From the IMG/VR virus record IMGVR_UViG_3300042400_000593: 64,000 bases of DNA. One strand, given 5' to 3'. The stretch is from a virus. Its lineage: Duplodnaviria > Heunggongvirae > Uroviricota > Caudoviricetes. The notes beneath the pieces were generated by a model. That model saw nothing but the letters and a program-made list of their open reading frames with translations. It had not been told where the DNA came from and did not search any database. This document shows, piece after piece, positions 9,121 to 17,783 of the stretch (its first letter is position 1; every line of letters starts with the position of its first letter). The translations under genes and the position numbers were made by a program.

Positions 9121-9162
9121 TCAGTATTTACAAATGTGTTTTGAACAAGGGATTAAAAGTGG

Positions 9163-9579
9163 CTAAATGCGAGCAGCAGCTTCTGCTAAATCATTTGCGC
9201 GTTCGTTACCAGGATTACCTGCATGGGCTTTAACCCATTGCCAATCTATAGTGTGTGCAGCAGCAACGGTTTCTAATTTAAGCCATAGATCACGATTTAA
9301 GTAATCAGTGCGCCCTTTCTTTTTCCAATTAGGAAACCATTGTGTAAAACCGTCAACAAGATATTTTGAATCAGAATAAATCCTAACTTTGCATGGTCTT
9401 TTTAAACGCGATAGTGCTTCAATAGCAGCTTGCATTTCCATGCGATTGTTAGTAGTTTGTGGTTCTGTTCCAGAAAATTCTTTAATGACGTCTCTGTATT
9501 GCATAGTAGCACCCCATCCGCCTTTACCTGGATTTGGTACACATGCGCCGTCTGTATAAATTATTACGAGTTCTTCCAT
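9163..9579 (-). CDS. rnhA: Ribonuclease HI
   Basis: IYTDGACVPNPGKGGWG, TTNNRMEMQAAIEAL, SDSKY, WVKAHAGNPGNERANDLA. The last acidic catalytic position reads ERAN-D rather than the usual ERAD. Confidence 0.95.
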   Translation of the reverse strand: MEELVIIYTDGACVPNPGKGGWGATMQYRDVIKEFSGTEPQTTNNRMEMQAAIEALSRLKRPCKVRIYSDSKYLVDGFTQWFPNWKKKGRTDYLNRDLWLKLETVAAAHTIDWQWVKAHAGNPGNERANDLAEAAARI

Positions 9580-9733
9580 AGTGTTTTGTTAGATTATATT
9601 GTGTTTAGTATTTTTAAACAAATATTTATCTGAACAACTTCTCCACCTTGTTAGAAACGATTATACAGTCATTAGTATCAAAAGTCAACTGCTATTATTA
9701 CCAATGGTAAATATACACAATATAGGAACACAT

Positions 9734-11419
9734 ATGAAAGTTACTGACATTTTAAAAGAAGAGTCTGAAGAAGAAATTAATCAAAATCGCGATAAAATTT
9801 TAGGACAGATACCTGCTGAATATACTAGTAAAAATTCACTTTATCAAAGCTGGAGGAAAGTAGTTGCAGGAGCACACAGACGATGTTGGTTTGCTAACGC
9901 TAAATCTGTTCAAGAAAGAACTCCATTAAAACTAAGTCGTGAATTTAATGTAACATATCAATATCTATGGGATTTAGTTAAGGTGCAACAATGGAAATGT
10001 GCAATTACTGGTGAACCATTAGCTCCGATCGGTAATAAAGATGATAATAATCGAATAAGTATTGATCGTATTGATTCAACTAAAGGATACATACCTGGTA
10101 ACATTCAATTTATTACAGCAAGAAGTAATTTAATGAAATGGACACATGATCAAAATGACTTTGTTAAGTATTGTCAGCAAATTGTTAGTTACACTAATAA
10201 GAATGGAATACCGTATGATCCTGCAGATCAATCGACTAAATTAAAAGAAGCATACATTAAACAACCACCGAGCATTTTAAGAACATGGAAAAACAAAAGT
10301 GGTCCATTACATTATTTTTTAACTTCACCTACTAATGAACCATTATATGCAGATTTAGCTGCTAAAATACCGTGGCGTAGTAAAACTGGATCTACTTTTG
10401 AAAAGATGTTTCTAACACCGCAAACTGCAGCTACTTTGCTTAATTGGGTTAAATTAGGAGATGCTGCTTACAGAGAACAAAATATTCCTGAGTTAAAAGA
10501 AATTAATTCTAGATTACTTATAGTAATGGGAAAATGTATCTCATCGGCTAGTAGTCAACTAGAACAAGGAAAGTATCCCGAAGAGCTAGGTGTACCAAAA
10601 TCTGTATTAGCATCTCTTAAGAATTTTAAAATTGCATTGCAAGATCTACATGATGGCAAAAAAATGATTCTTACAAAAAAAGCAGGCGAATCACAAACTG
10701 ATGGTAGATACATGACACAAATAGAACGTAAACAGTTTGAAGATTACATGTTACAAATTGATCAGTATTTACAAAACCGCCCTTCTTATGAGCAAGCAAA
10801 AGCTCTTTATGATCAAGTAAGACATCATATTGATAAAATTACACGACGTACCCTACAGAATACTGCACAAGGTATAACTCCTGCACAATTTCTTGCAAAT
10901 CAACTAGCGTCATCAAAATTTGATGTAGTAGATGATGATCGATTTACATCTAGTGATTTTGCAGCGTTAGATCCTCAACTTCAAAAACGCATTACCGCAC
11001 AGCAACAACGAGGAGCAATGCCAGATGAATGGGATAGATCAAAACCGGAACATAGATCGTGGAAAAAGGTTTTAAATAATGCTTTTACACGTATTTTGTC
11101 ACGCTCAAAAAAACGTGAAGAAACTGGTAAAACCGCGTTAGATCAACATAAGTTTAATGCTAGTAATGAAGAATTATGGAAAGTAATAAATGACCAAAAT
11201 TGGACATGTCCGTATACTGGAAACAAACTAGAAGCTACTGGAGAAGGTTCTGATAACCAACTTAGTCCAGATCGTATTAACTCAAGTTTAGGATATGTTT
11301 CGGGTAACATACGATTTGTTACTTACAGAGTTAACATTATGAAAGGGGATCGATCATCGGCGGATTTTGTAAACAGTTGTAGACAAATAGTAGCTAATCA
11401 AAAATCTAAGAAACCTTAG
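9734..11419 (+). CDS. Protein with two EndoVII/HNH-like (DRID-type) domains
   Basis: Likely start MKVTDILKEE at 9734 (SD AGGA). Duplicated domains: CAITG...SIDRIDSTKGYIPGNIQFITARSNLMK and CPYTG...SPDRINSSLGYVSGNIRFVTYRVNIMK. Confidence 0.75.
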   Translation: MKVTDILKEESEEEINQNRDKILGQIPAEYTSKNSLYQSWRKVVAGAHRRCWFANAKSVQERTPLKLSREFNVTYQYLWDLVKVQQWKCAITGEPLAPIGNKDDNNRISIDRIDSTKGYIPGNIQFITARSNLMKWTHDQNDFVKYCQQIVSYTNKNGIPYDPADQSTKLKEAYIKQPPSILRTWKNKSGPLHYFLTSPTNEPLYADLAAKIPWRSKTGSTFEKMFLTPQTAATLLNWVKLGDAAYREQNIPELKEINSRLLIVMGKCISSASSQLEQGKYPEELGVPKSVLASLKNFKIALQDLHDGKKMILTKKAGESQTDGRYMTQIERKQFEDYMLQIDQYLQNRPSYEQAKALYDQVRHHIDKITRRTLQNTAQGITPAQFLANQLASSKFDVVDDDRFTSSDFAALDPQLQKRITAQQQRGAMPDEWDRSKPEHRSWKKVLNNAFTRILSRSKKREETGKTALDQHKFNASNEELWKVINDQNWTCPYTGNKLEATGEGSDNQLSPDRINSSLGYVSGNIRFVTYRVNIMKGDRSSADFVNSCRQIVANQKSKKP

Positions 11420-11927
11420 AAAGCTTTTCAACAACATCTTTATTTTCACTCCAAAAAGAATCGTAATCAGTAAACACCCATTTACCGTTCTTTTTGGAGT
11501 AATAGTCTACACTTTTTTGTAGTTTGAATTTTTTGATATGTTTATGCTCAATCGCAACATAAGATCCTTTACGATTAAACTTCATCATAATGATATTAAA
11601 ATCATCCTTATCAGCAACTTCTAAAGTTTGCTCAATCCAAGTATCTAAAATCTTAATTTCACCTGCAGTAAACAATTGATGAAATGGAAAATCAGCATAA
11701 GATTTACATTCGGCATTAAAGTGCTTCCAATTTAATGGCGGTACAATATCACCTTTCATAGCACGGATTTGTCCTTCATGTAAGAACTCTTTACGTACTG
11801 CATTCTTACCTCCGATGTATGCACCGCTGCCCGGCACCCGCATGAAAGATGCATTATACAGTGAGCTTAAATGTTTTGATACTGTGTTTTCCCAACTGTT
11901 CCCTTTTGTTTTAGATTTACTTGGCAT
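11406..11927 (-). CDS. Holliday junction resolvase, Hjc-like PD-(D/E)XK family
   Basis: SKSKTKGNSWE, RVPGSGA, GDIV, AECKSY motif order; located next to gp46/gp47. Confidence 0.75.
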   Translation of the reverse strand: MPSKSKTKGNSWENTVSKHLSSLYNASFMRVPGSGAYIGGKNAVRKEFLHEGQIRAMKGDIVPPLNWKHFNAECKSYADFPFHQLFTAGEIKILDTWIEQTLEVADKDDFNIIMMKFNRKGSYVAIEHKHIKKFKLQKSVDYYSKKNGKWVFTDYDSFWSENKDVVEKLSKVS

Positions 11928-11942
11928 AAATTCCTTTTTACT

Positions 11943-12242
11943 TTAATTATCTTGATCATTCTTAGCGTCAATTGCATTTTGATTACGTTCCTTAATCATA
12001 GCAATTGCACGTTTACTTGGTTGCTTAGGAGAGAATTTTGCGTATCTAAAATCCTGTACAACTATGCGCTGTTGATCACACAGCTGTCTTAACTTAAGAC
12101 TAACTCTTTTTAGTTCTTGTAAACATTTACGAACTTGAACACAACTAATATCAGTTTGATTAGTAGCCCATCTTTGATTTGCTCTAAAGTACTCGTCAAA
12201 TGCTTTCATTATTTCTTCATGTAGTTCTTCATTTGGTAACAT
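11943..12242 (-). CDS. Hypothetical basic protein (likely start MLPNEELH)
   Basis: SD GGAG upstream of the ATG at 12242; late motif AATAAATA at 12267-12260. Confidence 0.7.
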   Translation of the reverse strand: MLPNEELHEEIMKAFDEYFRANQRWATNQTDISCVQVRKCLQELKRVSLKLRQLCDQQRIVVQDFRYAKFSPKQPSKRAIAMIKERNQNAIDAKNDQDN

Positions 12243-12277
12243 AATTACTCCTATATCTATATTTATTAGTCGTGAGA

Positions 12278-12303
12278 ATGCCACTCTAAAAATAAAGTGG
12301 CAT
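12278..12303. terminator. Inverted repeat ATGCCACT...AGTGGCAT, possible terminator
   Basis: 8-bp perfect stem immediately downstream of the stop of 12308..13036. Confidence 0.35.
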
Positions 12304-12307
12304 GAAA

Positions 12308-13036
12308 TTACAATTTTAATTTACAGTTGTCGCCGTGAAACAGAGTATAATGATTTTTTGCAATCGTCTTGTTACAATGCTCGCATGTTCGTTGATGTTT
12401 AGGTTGTTTCATCGGATTGTTATCTCCTGAATTTTTTAACTTGGACATTTGTTTATTATATTCAGATGCAGATTTTCCATACATTGGATTTTTTTCGCCT
12501 TTTAATCCTACTTTAGGATTTCCTTTTAATGATTTACTTATATTTTCATTATGGGTCGCCGGGCGAAATTCTGCATAATTTTTAACACCATTGCTTTGTT
12601 TTTGTTTAACTTCTGAAGAGTGCTTTTTTCCAAAGTGTGGACTTAATTCACCTCTTTTACCGTACATAGGATTTTTATCTCCTTGCCTTGCTAAACCTTT
12701 CTTTGCACGAGTTATTTCTGACTCAATTCTACCTAATCTATTTCCTGGATCAATTTTAGCATTTGATTGATTAAAACTCATAGGATCGTTTTTAGCATCT
12801 AAAATTGTAAGGTAATCAGATTCTAATTTTCTTATATATGATGCAGGACCAATTGCTAAGATTTCATATCTCCAGTCATTTCTATTTTCTAAAATTAACG
12901 GCTTTACTATTTTACTTGAACACAGGTAATTCTCATGGCAAGCTGGATTCCACCCAGCTTGCGTTTTTGATCCTATATACCATTTATTAGTAGGTATGTG
13001 AATCCACTTGTAAAGGTACGGTATTGACTGTTTCAT
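12308..13036 (-). CDS. GIY-YIG-like homing endonuclease with NUMOD3-type repeats (Seg-like)
   Basis: YLYKW...KWYIGSK, and NPMYGK / HFGKKHSSE repeats; free-standing, directly downstream of gp46. Confidence 0.8.
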   Translation of the reverse strand: MKQSIPYLYKWIHIPTNKWYIGSKTQAGWNPACHENYLCSSKIVKPLILENRNDWRYEILAIGPASYIRKLESDYLTILDAKNDPMSFNQSNAKIDPGNRLGRIESEITRAKKGLARQGDKNPMYGKRGELSPHFGKKHSSEVKQKQSNGVKNYAEFRPATHNENISKSLKGNPKVGLKGEKNPMYGKSASEYNKQMSKLKNSGDNNPMKQPKHQRTCEHCNKTIAKNHYTLFHGDNCKLKL

Positions 13037-14796
13037 TGTATAGTTGGATAATCGTAATTCGTAAAACCGTTTTCTTTGTAAACTCGCAATATGTTGTCTA
13101 CTCGTCCAATTAATTCTTCTTTATGACTAATTAACCAAATTGACGAATCTGATTGTCTAGCTTTAGCTTTTAAGATTGACAACGCACACTCAATGCCGTT
13201 CGAATCAAGCCCGTTGTCTAACAATTCGTCAACAAACAGTAGGTTAATTTTTTGATATAAGCTTTCCCATACATCTCGAAAAGCTAAACTTAACGAAATA
13301 ATAACTCTATTCATTTCTCCTCTTGAAAGATTATGAAAATCTAAGTCTTGTCCTAATTGTGTGATTTCAACACTTAAATCGTTTTGGAATACAACATTAT
13401 GCGGCAATCCCATCTTATCTAAGTAGTGAGTTAATCGGTTATTTAAGTATGCTAAGTTTTGATCTATAATCTTTTTACGGATAAAACTGTCTTTGTTTGT
13501 TAGTAATTTAAGCAAAAACTCCTGATGATCTTTGAGTGCATTTGCTTCATTAATAGTGTCCCAAACAATTTCTTGCAATGCAGCATTGCGTAATTCGTCA
13601 ACTTGTTCTTGATATGGATCAGTCTCGACTGCTTTAATTTCTAATTGTTGTTCTAATGATTTAAAGTTAGTTTGATGTTTTAATGCGTCTTCTAGTGTTT
13701 CGTAATAGGTGTCCGGACGCTTTTCAATTACTACAAACTTACTTAATTCTTCACAGATTTTAGTGTGATCTGCTAGTACTTTATCATAATATTTCTGTGC
13801 TTCGAGCAAATGTTGTGTAGCAGTTTCTAATAATTCTTCATGTTTATGATCATGCAAATCTTGGTCACAAGCATGACATTTTTTATTATCTAATGAATCG
13901 ATTTCTCTAACATATTTGTCTCTTGTTTTAAGAGCTTGAGTAGTTGCAGATTCTAATGTTGCTCTTTCTTTGTTAAGACTCGTCATTGTTGCACGTTGAT
14001 CTAAGTATTCTTTTAACAATGCATGATTGGCAATTTCAGCTTCGATATCTACACCTTCCATCTCTACGATAGCACGAGCGAGTTTTTCTAAGTCAGTTTC
14101 TTGTTGACTATACCATGCTTTTTGTCTTAATAATAACGTATCAATGCTCTGTTGAATCTTCTCATTTGACTTTTTAGCAGCTTCAATGTTAGCAGTTTCT
14201 TGATAAATTGTATCTTTAGTTTGTCTAATTAGTTCTTTAAGTGCTTCAGCTTTTTCACTTAGTAATGTAATACCTAGCAGTTGTTCAATGATCTCACGTT
14301 GATCATTTGCTCTCATTGATAAGAACGGTTCTGTATAAGTGTTTAATGCGACAATATGTTTAAACATATCATGACTCATACCAAATAAATGATGTAAGTC
14401 TTTCTGTGTCTCACGCATATCGCCTTGTGCATCATCGGCTAAAACTTGAGATTCTTCGTTAACAAAAAACTTAAGAACAGTTGGTTTACGACCACGTTCA
14501 ATGCGATAAGTGTTACCGTCCTTTTCAAAAGTTAAGGTAACTAGCATGTTTTTATTGTTAATTTTATTGATTAAATTGTCTTTTTTAATGTTAGTAAGAG
14601 CAGTACCGTAAAGCGCATAACTCAATGCGTTTACGATAGTTGTCTTGCCTGTACCGTTTCTAGATCCAGCGTCATCACCGCCTTGATCTAAGTTTTCTCC
14701 TAGTACAAGTGTTAAGTTTTCTTTCTCAAAATCTACAGCTTGAGTTTGATTCCCTACACTCATAAAATTCTTTACAGTTAAATTTTGTATTTTCAT
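13033..14796 (-). CDS. gp46: Recombination endonuclease ATPase subunit (T4 gp46 / Rad50 / SbcC)
   Basis: KNFMSVGN, Walker A NGTGKTT, coiled coil with CHAC zinc hook, LSRGE signature, Walker B LLFVDELLD, LISH. Confidence 0.95.
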   Translation of the reverse strand: MKIQNLTVKNFMSVGNQTQAVDFEKENLTLVLGENLDQGGDDAGSRNGTGKTTIVNALSYALYGTALTNIKKDNLINKINNKNMLVTLTFEKDGNTYRIERGRKPTVLKFFVNEESQVLADDAQGDMRETQKDLHHLFGMSHDMFKHIVALNTYTEPFLSMRANDQREIIEQLLGITLLSEKAEALKELIRQTKDTIYQETANIEAAKKSNEKIQQSIDTLLLRQKAWYSQQETDLEKLARAIVEMEGVDIEAEIANHALLKEYLDQRATMTSLNKERATLESATTQALKTRDKYVREIDSLDNKKCHACDQDLHDHKHEELLETATQHLLEAQKYYDKVLADHTKICEELSKFVVIEKRPDTYYETLEDALKHQTNFKSLEQQLEIKAVETDPYQEQVDELRNAALQEIVWDTINEANALKDHQEFLLKLLTNKDSFIRKKIIDQNLAYLNNRLTHYLDKMGLPHNVVFQNDLSVEITQLGQDLDFHNLSRGEMNRVIISLSLAFRDVWESLYQKINLLFVDELLDNGLDSNGIECALSILKAKARQSDSSIWLISHKEELIGRVDNILRVYKENGFTNYDYPTIQ

Positions 14797-15806
14797 AGGT
14801 TGCTATAGATTGATAATAATGTGTTTTTGTTATAAGTTTCAGAGTCAATGTTTACAATTTGAGTAGCTACAATTTCGTCTATACTTTCAAATGCTTCAAT
14901 GTCTACGTTACTAGTTACATCTATTGATTTACGTTCTTCAATTACTTTAAGTTCTCTTAGTTTGTAATCTCCAATGAACTTTTCTTTAATAAAGCTGGCT
15001 TCTTCAAAGCTAATATCAATGTCTAATGCTACACGTAAGTGTTGATTTGGTTTAAGAATCTTATCAGCATCGTCTAAAAGTTGACTTAATTTAACAGTTC
15101 TAAATGTAGGTTGATTTGGCCAAGTAAAGAATTCTGGTTGTCCTCCCCACTCTAAAGTCATCATACCTCTTGCATCATCCCATGCATCTGCATAGTTATG
15201 AGGAAATGCATTACCGATGTAATGCATGTTTTCACGTTGTTGTCTTTTGTGAAAATGACCACTAAAACCAAGTTCGTAACTGCTAAAAGAGTCTAAACTA
15301 ATCTCACCGTGATCAGGCATTTGTACCATTGCGTTCATAAAAAAATGAGGTAATTCGAAGTGTCCAAAGATATATTTCGCACCTTTCTTACCAATTTCTT
15401 TCCATTCATCATGTACTAACCAAGGACATAATGTAACATTTCCAACAGTAGTAGGATGATGAACTACGGTAATTCCAGGGATATATTTGCCAAATTCAAC
15501 GCTGTGTATGTCACGTTTATCTTTATAATATAGGTCGTGATTACCTGGAAAAAAATAAAAAGCATCAAACGCTTGGCCTAATTTTTCCAAGCATCTTAAG
15601 CTATAATCCATTGTTGTAATGTTTAAACTGTTGCGATTGTGATGCCAATCTCCCATGAAGATACCAACGTCGCACCCTTCTTCTTTTGCTTTCGCAATGT
15701 ACCAATCTACAAATTCTTCACAATCTTGATTGTGTACACTGCTGTTTGACTTAAGACCATAATGGATGTCGGTGAAAACGGCAGCTTTTTTAAATAAATT
15801 ATTCAT
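14793..15806 (-). CDS. gp47: Recombination endonuclease nuclease subunit (T4 gp47 / Mre11 / SbcD)
   Basis: Metallophosphoesterase motifs FTDIHYG, GDWHH, GNHD, GHFE, SGHFH. Confidence 0.95.
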   Translation of the reverse strand: MNNLFKKAAVFTDIHYGLKSNSSVHNQDCEEFVDWYIAKAKEEGCDVGIFMGDWHHNRNSLNITTMDYSLRCLEKLGQAFDAFYFFPGNHDLYYKDKRDIHSVEFGKYIPGITVVHHPTTVGNVTLCPWLVHDEWKEIGKKGAKYIFGHFELPHFFMNAMVQMPDHGEISLDSFSSYELGFSGHFHKRQQRENMHYIGNAFPHNYADAWDDARGMMTLEWGGQPEFFTWPNQPTFRTVKLSQLLDDADKILKPNQHLRVALDIDISFEEASFIKEKFIGDYKLRELKVIEERKSIDVTSNVDIEAFESIDEIVATQIVNIDSETYNKNTLLSIYSNL

Positions 15807-16032
15807 TATTTCCTGTTGATTCGTGTTTTAATAAAAACCAAACTAAATCTTTGTTTGTGTTAAATGTAACTGTACCGCTAGACATGCTATCAAACTTTAT
15901 ATTGCATTTGTAAGTTTCTTCAAATAGTTTTTCAATATGTGTATAGTCGGTGTTAGGGTGTTCTTCTTTAAGTTTTTTATATGCATCATCGAGTGCAGGA
16001 TGTGCTATATCCAGTGTATTATTCATAGTCAT
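15799..16032 (-). CDS. Small hypothetical protein
   Basis: 77-aa ORF tightly coupled to both neighbours. Confidence 0.6.
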   Translation of the reverse strand: MTMNNTLDIAHPALDDAYKKLKEEHPNTDYTHIEKLFEETYKCNIKFDSMSSGTVTFNTNKDLVWFLLKHESTGNNE

Positions 16033-17783
16033 TATTTTTTTAATTTAAATACTAGTTGTCCGCAGTCCCAAACTTTAAAAAACCCGTTGTTTTCCATATT
16101 TTGTGATGCAGTTAATGTGTTATCAAATGTTAATAGTTTGTGTTTCATTAAGTGTTTTTGCCATTGATACCGTGAACCTGCATACTTTCCGGATTTATCA
16201 ATATAAAAAAATCCTGGTGGTGATGTAGATTCTAACGTAAATCCTAATTTGTAATAAACATTACCAGTGCTATAACGACGATTGCAATACGACAGTAATA
16301 CATCATTGGGTTCCATATAACATTTAACAAAATGTTTAATAAGTTTACTTGCGCCGCCTACTACTTGCAACCCCGAGAATGAACATAATCGTAATAGTTC
16401 AAATGTATTAGTGGCTTTAGTAAATCTTGGCTTACCAAACGTTGCAACCATAATTAATCTATTAGTAGTATCGTACAGACCTAGGTTAATTAAACTGTTA
16501 ACGTCTCCCTGCAGGTGATGAGTTGATATAAACTGTGCCTTCTCAGCTGAATTAACTACTTGCAGGTTAGTGTGCCTTGCGTATAATTTAGAATGTAGCC
16601 CTAATCTGCTATCAATTAAATTAATAGTTTGTTCCCATTTTTCATTAATTTCTGTATCCCAAAATTGTAATAATGCAATGTTTTGTGATATACATGCATT
16701 AGTTTTTTGTAAATGATACATCTGTGTTTTGTTATACTGTTCTGAATGAAAATAACATCCGTTAATTTCTATTGCTAAATTATAGTCTGGAAAATATAAA
16801 TCTAATTCTTTAGGTGAAATTATAGTTCTATTATTCGTAATTATTTTAACACCTTTTTGATCATAATGCAAGTATAATCTTCGTTCTAATTCACTTGCAG
16901 AATGCCGGACGATATTAATATTTAATGAATGAAAAATTTTGCATAGTTGACTAGAACTAATACCTATATCATTAGCAATCTCGTGTACAGTTTTACCTGA
17001 ATGCTGTTCATTTTCTAGCCAAGATGCGTTTGTAAGTTTTTCTAATGTATCTGCAGAAAAATAGTGTTCTCGTTTAGTAGCAACGCTTTTTTCTCGTATA
17101 CTTGCATTACTTAGAGGATTAATATAACCGTATTTAATAATGTTAGTATCTTTAATTTGTTGTTGAATATCTAAATTTAGTAACGGATTAGTGCAGCCGT
17201 ATCTAATAAGATTCGTTTCTTTAATTTTAGATTGAACATTATAATTTTTTGCAGGATTATCAAAGCCGTATTTAATTAAATTAGTATTTTTAATTTTTTG
17301 CTTAGTCTCTGATAAGTGCATAACATGTGATACATTATATTTTTCTAAATTAGAAGTAATAACACGTTGTTTGTATTCGTCAGTTTGAGAATAATGGTCA
17401 ACACCGTATTTTTCTAAACTAGTAGATTTTACTTTAGTTTTCCAATCGTTGGTTTGAGTGTGCCATTCGACACCAAGAAGTTCTAAATTCTTTTTCTTTT
17501 TTATAACAGTAGAATAAGTTGCAGTGCATTTTGGACTGCAATATGCTCGGTATTGTTGTAAATCTAAATGCCAACTTAACTGGTTACTGCATTCACAACA
17601 CGGAATTACAAGTGATTGTTGTTTAATATGATAAATTATTTGTCTAGCATTTGTACTAGACAATAATGTAGAAATTTGTGATATTTGTTCAGCATACGGT
17701 GTTTTTAATAATGCTGTGTAAGACAGGCGAGGTCGCCTGTCTAAATCCGTTAATGTAGTTAAAATTTTTTGATATTCAATCAC
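16032..17783 (-). CDS. Hef-like putative homing endonuclease (Zn finger, KYG repeats, PD-(D/E)XK domain, GNAT-like C-terminus)
   Basis: CCEC...CSPKC, five 22-aa KxTNLxKYG repeats, ELDLYFPDYNLAIEINGCYFH, and ELLRLCS...GGASKLIKHF...GNVYYKLGF. Confidence 0.75.
   Translation of the reverse strand: MIEYQKILTTLTDLDRRPRLSYTALLKTPYAEQISQISTLLSSTNARQIIYHIKQQSLVIPCCECSNQLSWHLDLQQYRAYCSPKCTATYSTVIKKKKNLELLGVEWHTQTNDWKTKVKSTSLEKYGVDHYSQTDEYKQRVITSNLEKYNVSHVMHLSETKQKIKNTNLIKYGFDNPAKNYNVQSKIKETNLIRYGCTNPLLNLDIQQQIKDTNIIKYGYINPLSNASIREKSVATKREHYFSADTLEKLTNASWLENEQHSGKTVHEIANDIGISSSQLCKIFHSLNINIVRHSASELERRLYLHYDQKGVKIITNNRTIISPKELDLYFPDYNLAIEINGCYFHSEQYNKTQMYHLQKTNACISQNIALLQFWDTEINEKWEQTINLIDSRLGLHSKLYARHTNLQVVNSAEKAQFISTHHLQGDVNSLINLGLYDTTNRLIMVATFGKPRFTKATNTFELLRLCSFSGLQVVGGASKLIKHFVKCYMEPNDVLLSYCNRRYSTGNVYYKLGFTLESTSPPGFFYIDKSGKYAGSRYQWQKHLMKHKLLTFDNTLTASQNMENNGFFKVWDCGQLVFKLKK

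Noticed and set aside
9599-9733. N-terminal 45 codons of the listed 606-aa ORF
   Set aside because: Non-ATG start and no SD; the ATG at 9734 has an SD and a promoter-like motif.
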